DNA of 64,000 nucleotides, from contig CBDCTG010000001.1 in assembly GCA_965222145.1 (NCBI GenBank), positions 684,146 through 748,145 of the forward strand, given 5' to 3'. The position numbers and the translations under genes were made by a program. Below the pieces are notes generated by a model. The model worked only from the letters and a program-made list of their open reading frames with translations. It was not told the origin of the DNA and ran no database searches. The DNA comes from Dehalococcoidia bacterium. GTDB lineage: Bacteria; Chloroflexota; Dehalococcoidia; Lucifugimonadales; JADFKI01. Below, piece after piece: positions 56,974 through 64,000 of the stretch. Within the stretch, counting starts at the first letter, position 1; every line of letters starts with the position of its first letter.

Positions 56974-56982
56974 TGCTATAAT
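56974..56982 (+). promoter_or_regulatory. Putative extended -10 promoter, near-leaderless for the YihY gene
   Basis: TGcTATAAT at 56974-56982, only about 15 nt before the ATG at 56997. Confidence 0.35.
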
Positions 56983-56996
56983 GGTGCATCAAGCCT

Positions 56997-57938
56997 ATGA
57001 CTGACGACATGACACGAAACCACTCTATGTTCAGGCGACCGAAAACGATTGTCCGCTACCGCACGCGCACCATTGTGCAGAAGTTGCGGCGCATGTTTGT
57101 GCTCAGGCTCATTGCGCGGACGCTTCAAGAGATGTCTGACGATGATGCAACTCACATGGCGGCTGCGATGTCCTACTATGCGCTCGTTTCGCTCTTCCCG
57201 CTCACGCTTGGCCTGATCTCGATAACTTCCTTCTTTCTTGATGACGCGCCTAACCAGCAGACAATCACCGACTGGGTTGCAAGTTTCCTGCCGGGATCCG
57301 AAGGTTTGATTGCTGCCAACATCGAAGTGGTGCTAGATGCGCGTGGAACAATTGGCGTTTTCGCCCTTTTAGGCCTATTCTGGACAGGAAGTGCCGTCTT
57401 CGGCGGTATCACCCGCTCTATCAACCGTGCCTGGGATGTGCATACGGACAGACCATTGTATCTGAGCAAGGCGCGTCAGTTGGTAATGGCGCTGCTGACG
57501 GGCTTGATGTTCCTGTTCTCCACCAGCATCTCCACTTTCCTGCGTGTGTATGAACGGTTCGCTTATCTGGATTTTCCGTTTGCAGAGACGCTGGTTAAGA
57601 CGAGCAGCTTGGTTATCCTCTACGCAAGTTCGTTCGTGCTTGTGCTGGCAGTCTTTCTGATGCTCTACAAGTTTGTGCCCAACACCAAGACATACTGGCG
57701 GTACATCTGGATTGGCGCGATCGTGGCAGCGGCGCTGTTTGAGACTACGAAGAACCTGTTCATTCTGTATCTGGACAACTTCACAAACTTTGGCAGCGTG
57801 TACGGTACTCTTGCATCGGTTGTTGTTTTGCTCCTATGGTCGTACCTGAGCGGTCTAATCCTCATTCTCGGCGCTGAGCTAAGCTCAGAGTACGGGCGCA
57901 TCAGACGCGGAGCAGAGCGCGGCATGCTTTTACACTGA
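56997..57938 (+). CDS. YihY/BrkB-family membrane protein
   Basis: 313 aa, 6 TM, with the family pattern AAAMSYYALVSLFPL...LLWSYLSGLILILGAEL. Confidence 0.85.
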   Translation: MTDDMTRNHSMFRRPKTIVRYRTRTIVQKLRRMFVLRLIARTLQEMSDDDATHMAAAMSYYALVSLFPLTLGLISITSFFLDDAPNQQTITDWVASFLPGSEGLIAANIEVVLDARGTIGVFALLGLFWTGSAVFGGITRSINRAWDVHTDRPLYLSKARQLVMALLTGLMFLFSTSISTFLRVYERFAYLDFPFAETLVKTSSLVILYASSFVLVLAVFLMLYKFVPNTKTYWRYIWIGAIVAAALFETTKNLFILYLDNFTNFGSVYGTLASVVVLLLWSYLSGLILILGAELSSEYGRIRRGAERGMLLH

Positions 57939-58025
57939 CGCTGTTCCCCTCAGTTCCCCCCTCAATAGCGGTAGTACGCCTATAACTGCTTGTGCTTCCC
58001 CGCGCTAACTAGGTACACTTGCGCC

Positions 58026-59396
58026 ATGCGAATTTCCGTGGATTCCATGCGTTCCCCATCCCATGTTGTTGGCATGGTGCGTGGCGTCTTCTATGGCTGG
58101 TGGCTGGTTGGCATCGCCGTAGTGCTGCTGACACTAATGGCAGTGTCCGTTTTCCAGGGACTTGGAACTTTCCTCGTAGCCTTGCAAACCGAATTCGGCT
58201 GGAGCCGCACTGTGCTCTCCGGCGCCTTCTCTCTTTCCCGGGCGCAAGGTGCGGTCATCGGTCCCGTCGAGGGTTGGCTCATCGACAAGGTGGGCAACCG
58301 CCGCATGATCCTGTTCGGCTACCTGCTTATGGCGTTCGGCTTCCTCATGTTCTCGCAGGTCGGCAACAACGCCTTTTGGGATCTTGGCCTGTTCAGAATA
58401 CAGAGCGGCATATGGCAGTTTTACATCTCATTCATCACTATCAGCCTTGGGTCTGGCGTCGGCGGCTGGCTCGCCCTGATGTCGCTTATGAACAATTGGT
58501 TTGTGCGGCAACGTTCACTGGCGATAGCGACCTCCATGTCGGGCATACACCTAGGCGGACTGCTGGTGCCCGTTTTGGCGCTCGGTATTGAGCTGTACGG
58601 ATTCCGCTGGACTACATTTGGCATATCAATCTTCCTTGCGGGATTAATTCTGCCGGTATTCACCCTGCTGCGTGATAGGCCCGAAGACATTGGCCTGAGT
58701 CCTGATGGAGACAGACCGGGCGCGAGGCAGGCATCCGAACGGAGGGCTGAACAGCGCGCGGTTGATGAAGACGATGAGCAGGAATTCACGGCGATGCAGG
58801 CGCTGAAGACGCGAGCCTTCTGGATTCTGACCGTCGTCCACATGTCTTCGAGCGTGTCCATTGTTACGTTGGCGCTGCACCTCGCACCAAAACTCACTGA
58901 CATGGGCATGTCCCTAAGCGGAGCAGGCACCATCGTGCTCATATATACCATTCTTGCGCTTCCGACGCAGTTCATTGCAGGCTGGCTTGCTGACCGCATG
59001 CCAAAGCCGCCGCTGATTTTCTTCTTCATTCTGCTGCAAGGCGTGGCAATCATGATAATCGCCGTGTCGGACCAGATTTACATGGCGCTGATATTCGCGC
59101 TGCTCTACGGCATCGGTTTCGGCGGGCGCATACCGCTCCTGACTTCCATTCGAGGCGACTACTTCGGACGCAAAGCGTTCGCTACGATTATGGGTCTGTC
59201 ACAGATGCCGAACAACATTGCAATGATATTCGCTCCGCTGTTCGCGGGGTACATGTTCGACACGACAGGTACATACTTCATACCGTTCGCCTTCTTCGGT
59301 TTTCTCAATGTGCTTGGCGCATTCCTGATGCTCACCGCCAAGCGTCCAAAGGTGGAAGAATCCGTTGTCGCGCCCTCAGCGCAGCCCGCAGATTAG
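58026..59396 (+). CDS. MFS transporter
   Basis: About 12 TM with the MFS loop motif GWLIDKVGNRRM. The start is uncertain among 58026, 58047 and 58074. Confidence 0.8.
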   Translation: MRISVDSMRSPSHVVGMVRGVFYGWWLVGIAVVLLTLMAVSVFQGLGTFLVALQTEFGWSRTVLSGAFSLSRAQGAVIGPVEGWLIDKVGNRRMILFGYLLMAFGFLMFSQVGNNAFWDLGLFRIQSGIWQFYISFITISLGSGVGGWLALMSLMNNWFVRQRSLAIATSMSGIHLGGLLVPVLALGIELYGFRWTTFGISIFLAGLILPVFTLLRDRPEDIGLSPDGDRPGARQASERRAEQRAVDEDDEQEFTAMQALKTRAFWILTVVHMSSSVSIVTLALHLAPKLTDMGMSLSGAGTIVLIYTILALPTQFIAGWLADRMPKPPLIFFFILLQGVAIMIIAVSDQIYMALIFALLYGIGFGGRIPLLTSIRGDYFGRKAFATIMGLSQMPNNIAMIFAPLFAGYMFDTTGTYFIPFAFFGFLNVLGAFLMLTAKRPKVEESVVAPSAQPAD

Positions 59397-59415
59397 GCGG
59401 GGCAGTGGATACGAT

Positions 59416-60123
59416 ATGAAAATTCTGGAACGACAACTTCCGCCGCCTTTCGATCAATTCTGGGAGCGTTTCCACACTGAGATCCCGGTTGCAGTCGAGC
59501 AGATCGAGACGGGGCACAGCGTTGTATTCGGTGATCAGGGATACGACCTCAGCGCGCCCAACGAGCCGGCGTGGGCAAGCCTGTCCGATGACGACCTCGC
59601 CTATCATGTGGCACACGAGCTGTTTCATATCGTTCAGCGACAGCGCGGCTACCCAAAGACGGTGAGAGGGCGGCACTATCCGCCCGGTTCAGTGGAGGAA
59701 CGAATCGGCGGAGACCTTGAAGAGATGGTGCTGCATCCATCGCTTGAAGAACTGTTGCGCGGCGAGATGGGCTTCAGGAACGACTTCATTCGCCGGCGGA
59801 TGCTGCAAGGCGCACTGAACGGAGTCGCCAACAGCCCAGTCCCAGAATATGGCACCCCATGGTTCACCACATGGGCAATACGCTACTGCGAGTTGCACTT
59901 CACGCTTACCGCCAGCGAATGGGCGACCTTGGACGCGGTGTTCAAGGAGCGCACACCTCAGGTCGCGCGGCTTGGCAAGGAGATGACTGCAATAATCCGC
60001 GAAGTTGGCTGGGGCACACGCGAGCAAGCTCTTGAATCTCTGGTAAGTGTGCGCGATTCCCTTGGGTTGCAGGTGAACCAGATTGTGCTCGTGATGGACC
60101 CAACAACTGGCGAAATATTCTGA
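59416..60123 (+). CDS. Hypothetical protein with HExxH motif (candidate zinc metallopeptidase-like)
   Basis: 235 aa from MKILERQ, with the motif YHVAHELFHIV. I recognise no other family signature. Confidence 0.5.
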   Translation: MKILERQLPPPFDQFWERFHTEIPVAVEQIETGHSVVFGDQGYDLSAPNEPAWASLSDDDLAYHVAHELFHIVQRQRGYPKTVRGRHYPPGSVEERIGGDLEEMVLHPSLEELLRGEMGFRNDFIRRRMLQGALNGVANSPVPEYGTPWFTTWAIRYCELHFTLTASEWATLDAVFKERTPQVARLGKEMTAIIREVGWGTREQALESLVSVRDSLGLQVNQIVLVMDPTTGEIF

Positions 60124-60150
60124 CCGAAAGCACAATGCTTGGGAGCACGT

Positions 60151-60462
60151 TTAGCGGCAGAGACTTTCCTGTACGTGGCGATGGTAATCGCCTGTAATCA
60201 GCCCCGAAGGGAATACCTGTGCTTCCATCTCTTCGACAGTAAATATCCAATGGTCGATTGTCGGGACTGCACTTCCATCTTCAATGCTGCGCAGAATTGC
60301 GGGAATGCGGGATTTCCTCTGGTCGCACATGTCCCGCACCTCTGATTCGAAGACCGCGCGCGCCTCTATCTCGGAAAAATCGGTGGAGATGTTGGGCGTA
60401 AGCTCAAGACATGCCGCTATCAAAAGCGGCAGCAGCAGAAGGGGCAGGATGGCTAATTTCAT
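60151..60462 (-). CDS. Small lipoprotein, hypothetical
   Basis: MKLAILPLLLLPLLIAAC is a canonical lipobox. The mature part is about 85 aa of unknown function. Confidence 0.5.
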   Translation of the reverse strand: MKLAILPLLLLPLLIAACLELTPNISTDFSEIEARAVFESEVRDMCDQRKSRIPAILRSIEDGSAVPTIDHWIFTVEEMEAQVFPSGLITGDYHRHVQESLCR

Positions 60463-60565
60463 GGCGCATATTGTATCACGGCGACCCTCCCCCAACTATA
60501 TATATGTACAACTCAGTAGTGTGGGGCGTCATTCAGCAACTTCATCTTTGGCAGCGCTGAATGTC

Positions 60566-60574
60566 TGATACAAT
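60566..60574 (+). promoter_or_regulatory. Putative extended -10 promoter for the SDR gene
   Basis: TGaTACAAT at 60566-60574, about 64 nt upstream of the ATG at 60638 (AGGAG Shine-Dalgarno at 60625-60629). Confidence 0.3.
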
Positions 60575-60637
60575 GCTGCCGATGTAACGCCACCGCCACG
60601 TTAAGTCAGATAAGAAGACAATACAGGAGTTAGCGCA

Positions 60638-61393
60638 ATGACCCTAGAAGGCAAAGTAGCAATCGTAACCGGCTCTGGCAGAAATATCGGCAGGGCGACC
60701 GCACTCGAATTGGCGCGGCGCGGCGCAAGCGTGGTGGTCAATGCGCGAAGCAATCGCAACGAGGCTGAATCTGTGGTAGGTGAGGTGGAATCGTTCGGCG
60801 GCAAGGCAATTGCGATTATCGCCGATGTTGGCGTTAAAGAGCAGGTGGATGCGATGGTGGATGATGCGCTGTCCGCTTTCGGGCGCGTGGACATCCTTAT
60901 CAACAATGCCGGACTGCGCGCTGTCGACTCCATAACAGACATGACGGTTGAGCAATGGCGCAGCGTGCTCGCCGTGAATCTCGACGGACCATTCTTCGCC
61001 TCCCAAGCGGTAATACCGGGCATGATTGAACGGGCTTGGGGGCGCATCGTCAATGTCTCGGGTCTCAATGCCTTCAAAGGCAGGGCGCACTGGGCCCATG
61101 TTTGCGCCTCCAAAATGGGCGCGCTTGGACTCACCCGCGCGCTCGCCGCCGAGCTTGCGGAGTACAACATTCTCGTCAACCACATCGTGCCGGGTGCCTT
61201 CGACACTTCCCCTCCTCCTGGGCAGACCAACTCGTTCGCAGCGCCGGATGGCGCCCGCGCCGTGGGCATCCCTGTAGGCAGGCTGGGACTTCCGGAAGAG
61301 ATTGCGACAACCTGCGCCTTCCTCGCATCCGACGACGCTTCATTCATCACCGGACAGACTTTCCATGTCAACGGCGGTGCCCTTGCATATTAG
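60638..61393 (+). CDS. SDR-family oxidoreductase (FabG-like)
   Basis: GKVAIVTGSGRNIGRA, NNAG, and a catalytic region with CASKMG in place of the usual YxxxK Tyr (seen as HVCASKMGAL). Confidence 0.85.
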   Translation: MTLEGKVAIVTGSGRNIGRATALELARRGASVVVNARSNRNEAESVVGEVESFGGKAIAIIADVGVKEQVDAMVDDALSAFGRVDILINNAGLRAVDSITDMTVEQWRSVLAVNLDGPFFASQAVIPGMIERAWGRIVNVSGLNAFKGRAHWAHVCASKMGALGLTRALAAELAEYNILVNHIVPGAFDTSPPPGQTNSFAAPDGARAVGIPVGRLGLPEEIATTCAFLASDDASFITGQTFHVNGGALAY

Positions 61394-61453
61394 AATTGCC
61401 CAAACGAGGGCGTGTTATAATTAGAGTAATCCAGACACACAGGAGGTGGCAGC

Positions 61454-61699
61454 CTGATAGTCAGAGTCAAGCTGTTTGCCAGCTACAAAGAGAAGGCAGG
61501 TATGTCTGACTTGGAGATAAGCCTGACTGATGACGCAACCGTGTCGGATGCTGCGCGCGAGTTGCTCCGCCTCCACCCTGCCATTTCCAGCGATTCTTCG
61601 CGCCTGATGATTGCTGTGAACGAAGAGTACCAGGAGCACGACTACCCGCTCAGCGAAAATGACGAAGTGGCGTTCATCCCGCCCGTAAGCGGCGGCTGA
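61454..61699 (+). CDS. moaD: Molybdopterin synthase sulfur-carrier subunit (MoaD/ThiS fold), non-canonical start
   Basis: C-terminal ...FIPPVSGG* diglycine and the position upstream of moaE support the call. The homologous first beta-strand (LIVRVKLFASYKEKAG) lies upstream of the only ATG (61502). The in-frame open stretch from 61430 contains no ATG, GTG or TTG. AGGAGGTG at 61441-61448 precedes CTG 61454 and ATA 61457. Confidence 0.75.
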   Translation: MIVRVKLFASYKEKAGMSDLEISLTDDATVSDAARELLRLHPAISSDSSRLMIAVNEEYQEHDYPLSENDEVAFIPPVSGG

Positions 61700-61761
61700 G
61701 CGTGTTCTGACTCCGTTGCAAATGAACCATTTCCTCCTGTAAGCTCCCGGCCGGTGAAGAT

Positions 61762-62217
61762 ATGATTACGATTACTAACGATGAGTTGTGCCCCGAAGCA
61801 ATAACCGACAGCGTGAAGCAAGACAGCAACGGCGCAGTCGTCACTTTTCTTGGCTCGACGCGGAACTCTACCGCGGAGCGCAAGGTTCTGTACCTCGAAT
61901 ATGAGGCATACAGACCAATGGCGGACAACCAGCTTGCTCGCATAGCTCAAGAGATTTGTGAGAAATGGGGCATCTCCGATGTTGCGATTGCACACCGGCT
62001 CGGCAGGTTGGAAATTGGAGACCTCAGCCTAATTGTCGCCATAGCCTCCCCGCACCGCAAAGAGGCGTTTGAGGCGAGCGCATACGCCATAGACCGTATC
62101 AAGCAGATTGTGCCTATCTGGAAGAAAGAATTCTTCGAGGGTGGCGAGGTGTGGGTCGGCAGCCAGCAGGATGAGTGCGCCAGGCAGGAAACAGCAGTCG
62201 CCGCAGGCGGATCGTAG
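61762..62217 (+). CDS. moaE: Molybdopterin synthase catalytic subunit
   Basis: 151 aa (GAVVTFLGSTRN...LEYEAYRPMA...IAHRLGRLEIGDLSLIVAIASPHRKEAFEA...IKQIVPIWKKE), canonical MoaE. Confidence 0.9.
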   Translation: MITITNDELCPEAITDSVKQDSNGAVVTFLGSTRNSTAERKVLYLEYEAYRPMADNQLARIAQEICEKWGISDVAIAHRLGRLEIGDLSLIVAIASPHRKEAFEASAYAIDRIKQIVPIWKKEFFEGGEVWVGSQQDECARQETAVAAGGS

Positions 62218-62395
62218 TCGAGGAATCGTGATTTCACTTGGAAGTGGTACTGATTCTTCACATATCTTACCGCGAGAATTGCGAAGTCCTGCAACGAATA
62301 TGCGTGTAATGCACAACAACTGTCATCTATTTGGAAAACATTACTGATTTGCACTCTATCGCCGATGATTGTTATGAAAATCACAATGATCATGG

Positions 62396-62425
62396 TTGCC
62401 AATAATGTACGCCGTCTGTTATATT
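62396..62425 (+). promoter_or_regulatory. Putative promoter for tRNA-Ser
   Basis: TTGCCA (62396-62401), 18-nt spacer, TATATT (62420-62425), 18 nt before the tRNA 5' end. It lies in an AT-rich 226-nt gap. Confidence 0.4.
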
Positions 62426-62443
62426 AGTTCATCAAATCAGCGC

Positions 62444-62534
62444 GGAGGGATCGCATAGAGGTCTAGTGCGGCCGCCTGCTAAGTGGTTAGGGTTGAATAA
62501 GCCCTCATGGGTTCGAATCCCATTCCCTCCGCCA
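62444..62534 (+). tRNA. tRNA-Ser (anticodon GCT), class II with long variable arm, CCA encoded
   Basis: GGAGGGA TC GCAT AGAGGTCTA GTGC G GCCGC CTGCTAA GTGGT [TAGGGTTGAATAAGCCCTC] ATGGG TTCGAAT CCCAT TCCCTCC G CCA. Confidence 0.9.
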
Positions 62535-62576
62535 TTTATTTATTTTTTTATCCTGTTATTGAGAAAATTTTCACAA

Positions 62577-63860
62577 ATGGACGGATACTACGTCTGGACA
62601 GTCGGCTGCCAAATGAATAAGGCAGATTCTGAACGCCTCGAGAGCGCGCTGGGGCAGATGGGACTCGCCCCGCGTCCATCGCCGAAAGAGGCGGATGTCA
62701 TCGTGCTGAACAGCTGTGTCGTGCGCCAGAGCGCCGAAGATCGCGTCGTTGGTATGATGACCAGTCTGAAGCCGCTTAAGCAGCGTAACCAGGACAAGGT
62801 TGTGGCGCTGATGGGATGCATGGTCGGTCCCAAGACGGATGCGCTCGAAAAACGCTTCCCCTATGTCGACGTCTTCATGCAACCGCAACAGTATCAGCCT
62901 CTGATAGACCTGCTCGGCGAGCACATGGATATCGACACTGAAGGCTGTATCGGTCCGCTCGTAGCACGCCCGGATGTTGCGACATACATCCCCATAATTC
63001 ACGGCTGCGACAAGTTCTGCACATTCTGCATAATCCCGTATAGGCGTGGCAGGGAAGTAAGCCGCCCGGTTGCGGAGATTGTGCGCGAAGCCGAAATGCT
63101 GGTCAAGCGCGGCGTAAAGGAAGTCACGCTGCTGGGTCAGAATGTTGACTCCTACGGTCATGACCTGCCTGATGAACATGACCTGGGAGACTTGCTCACG
63201 GCTGTCAACGATGTCTCAGGGCTTGAGCGTGTGCGTTTCCTCACCTCACATCCCAACGACATGAGCGATCGCATCATCGACTCGGTAGCGGAACTCGACA
63301 AGGTGTGCGAGCACATCAACCTGCCGTTTCAAGCTGGGGACGACCGCGTGCTTACCGATATGCGGCGAGGCTACACCAACGACGAATATCGCCGTCTTAT
63401 AGACAAGATTCGGGAGCGCATTCCGAATGTGTCACTGAGCACGGATGTCATTGTCGGCTTCTGTGGCGAGTCTGACACGCAGTTCGAGCAAACACTTTCG
63501 CTCATCGAAGACATCAAGTTCGACAAGGTGCATGCGGCAGCATACTCGAACAGGCCCGGCACGATTGCCGAACGCATGCTGGTTGACGATGTTCCGCAAG
63601 ACGAAAAGAAATTGCGTCTGAAAGCAATCGAAATCCTACAAGAAGGGATAGCGACCGAAATAAACGCGCCTTTGCTGGGACGAAAGTTCGATGTGCTCGT
63701 GGAAGGACGCAAGCGCGGCAAATGGTTCGGGCGCAATCGCAACGACAAACTAGTTTTCATCAACGACGAAGTATCGGAAGCTGACCTGGCCGGAAAAATG
63801 GTCAATGTAAAGATTGAGAAGACAGCTCCCTGGTCATTGCAGGGGACGATAACGCGCTAG
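62577..63860 (+). CDS. miaB: tRNA-i6A37 methylthiotransferase
   Basis: UPF0004 N-domain (YVWTVGCQMNKADSE), radical-SAM CDKFCTFC, and a TRAM C-terminus. The ORF-track start at 62466 would overlap the tRNA, so I use ATG 62577. Confidence 0.9.
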   Translation: MDGYYVWTVGCQMNKADSERLESALGQMGLAPRPSPKEADVIVLNSCVVRQSAEDRVVGMMTSLKPLKQRNQDKVVALMGCMVGPKTDALEKRFPYVDVFMQPQQYQPLIDLLGEHMDIDTEGCIGPLVARPDVATYIPIIHGCDKFCTFCIIPYRRGREVSRPVAEIVREAEMLVKRGVKEVTLLGQNVDSYGHDLPDEHDLGDLLTAVNDVSGLERVRFLTSHPNDMSDRIIDSVAELDKVCEHINLPFQAGDDRVLTDMRRGYTNDEYRRLIDKIRERIPNVSLSTDVIVGFCGESDTQFEQTLSLIEDIKFDKVHAAAYSNRPGTIAERMLVDDVPQDEKKLRLKAIEILQEGIATEINAPLLGRKFDVLVEGRKRGKWFGRNRNDKLVFINDEVSEADLAGKMVNVKIEKTAPWSLQGTITR

Positions 63861-63899
63861 TGCATACAACCGTCAGGCGCGTCGGGAGGGATTATCGTT

Positions 63900-64000
63900 A
63901 TGGTTGTCGAGCAGCGAATACCAACTATACCCATCACGGAGATTGAGCAGTCGGCATTCTGTCAGACTGATGATGAACTGCGGGCGAAGACTCTGGAGGA
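63900..64000 (+). CDS. 5' end of an unidentified gene (runs off the window)
   Basis: ATG 63900 lies 9 nt after GGGAGGG, and the frame stays open to the window end (MVVEQRIPTIPITEIEQSAFCQTDDELRAKTLE...). The product cannot be determined from 33 residues. Confidence 0.4.
   Translation, partial: MVVEQRIPTIPITEIEQSAFCQTDDELRAKTLE

Noticed and set aside
60601-61371. 256-aa ORF antisense to the FabG-like SDR
   Set aside because: This is a typical high-GC antisense ORF (Ala/Ser/Pro/Arg-rich). The plus strand carries clear SDR motifs.
61394-61453. Moco riboswitch upstream of moaD
   Set aside because: The gap is only 60 nt, far shorter than the ~130-nt Moco element.
62444-63860. Functional link between tRNA-Ser and the immediately downstream miaB; also the ORF-track miaB start at 62466
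   Set aside because: MiaB methylthiolates i6A37 in tRNAs reading UNN codons, whereas tRNA-Ser(GCU) reads AGY. The adjacency is therefore most likely incidental. The 62466 start would translate through the tRNA, and the conserved MiaB N-terminus begins at ATG 62577.
63900-64000. Calling the terminal partial ORF secA on the basis of ...DDELRAKTLE resembling the SecA N-terminal ...SDEELRAKTxEF
   Set aside because: The segment sits ~12-15 residues too close to the start compared with known SecA proteins, and 33 residues are insufficient.

Overview
64-kb chromosomal window, roughly 55-58% GC by eye. Gene content is most consistent with an uncultured Chloroflexota-type (possibly marine SAR202-like) genome: F420-dependent NADP reductase, a GuaB3-type IMPDH relative, E/V/K-repeat linkers on a lipoprotein solute-binding protein, Thr/Pro-rich surface proteins, and many SDR/amidohydrolase/lactonase paralogues. 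This taxonomic call is inference only. I support about 60 protein genes, 2 tRNAs (Met-CAT, Ser-GCT), a few hairpin terminators and several sigma70-like/extended -10 promoters. I recognised no rRNA, CRISPR array, transposase, integrase or phage genes. Housekeeping blocks: queG, guaB3-like, prfA-prmC, hisS, rel, rpsT, rpsP-KH-rimM, nudC, plsY-aroQ, moaD-moaE, miaB. Accessory blocks: an AttEFGH-like ABC exporter plus lipocalin/CrtC-like protein; a thioesterase/tautomerase/muconolactone-isomerase cluster; an SDR-SDR-lactonase-mutarotase-like cluster next to tRNA-Met; a family-5 SBP with two permeases; and sugar/oxidoreductase genes. I found no clear-cut new multi-gene system. The most unusual observations are as follows. 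(1) An orphan HsdR-N/PD-(D/E)xK-like gene has an unrecognisable tail and a GC break inside the ORF. (2) A large vWA-Ig-TM-FHA-like membrane protein sits beside small secreted neighbours. (3) Gene decay is localised: a histidine kinase has 2 frameshifts, a Thr/Pro-rich gene has an in-frame TAA, and three broken genes lie contiguously at 24.0-27.2 kb, including a deletion/fusion junction. All very long genes elsewhere are intact. (4) A low-GC DUF1643 gene is translationally coupled to queG. (5) moaD has no canonical start codon. (6) A 485-nt ORF-free stretch lies beside tRNA-Met. All frameshift calls could equally be assembly errors and need read-level verification.
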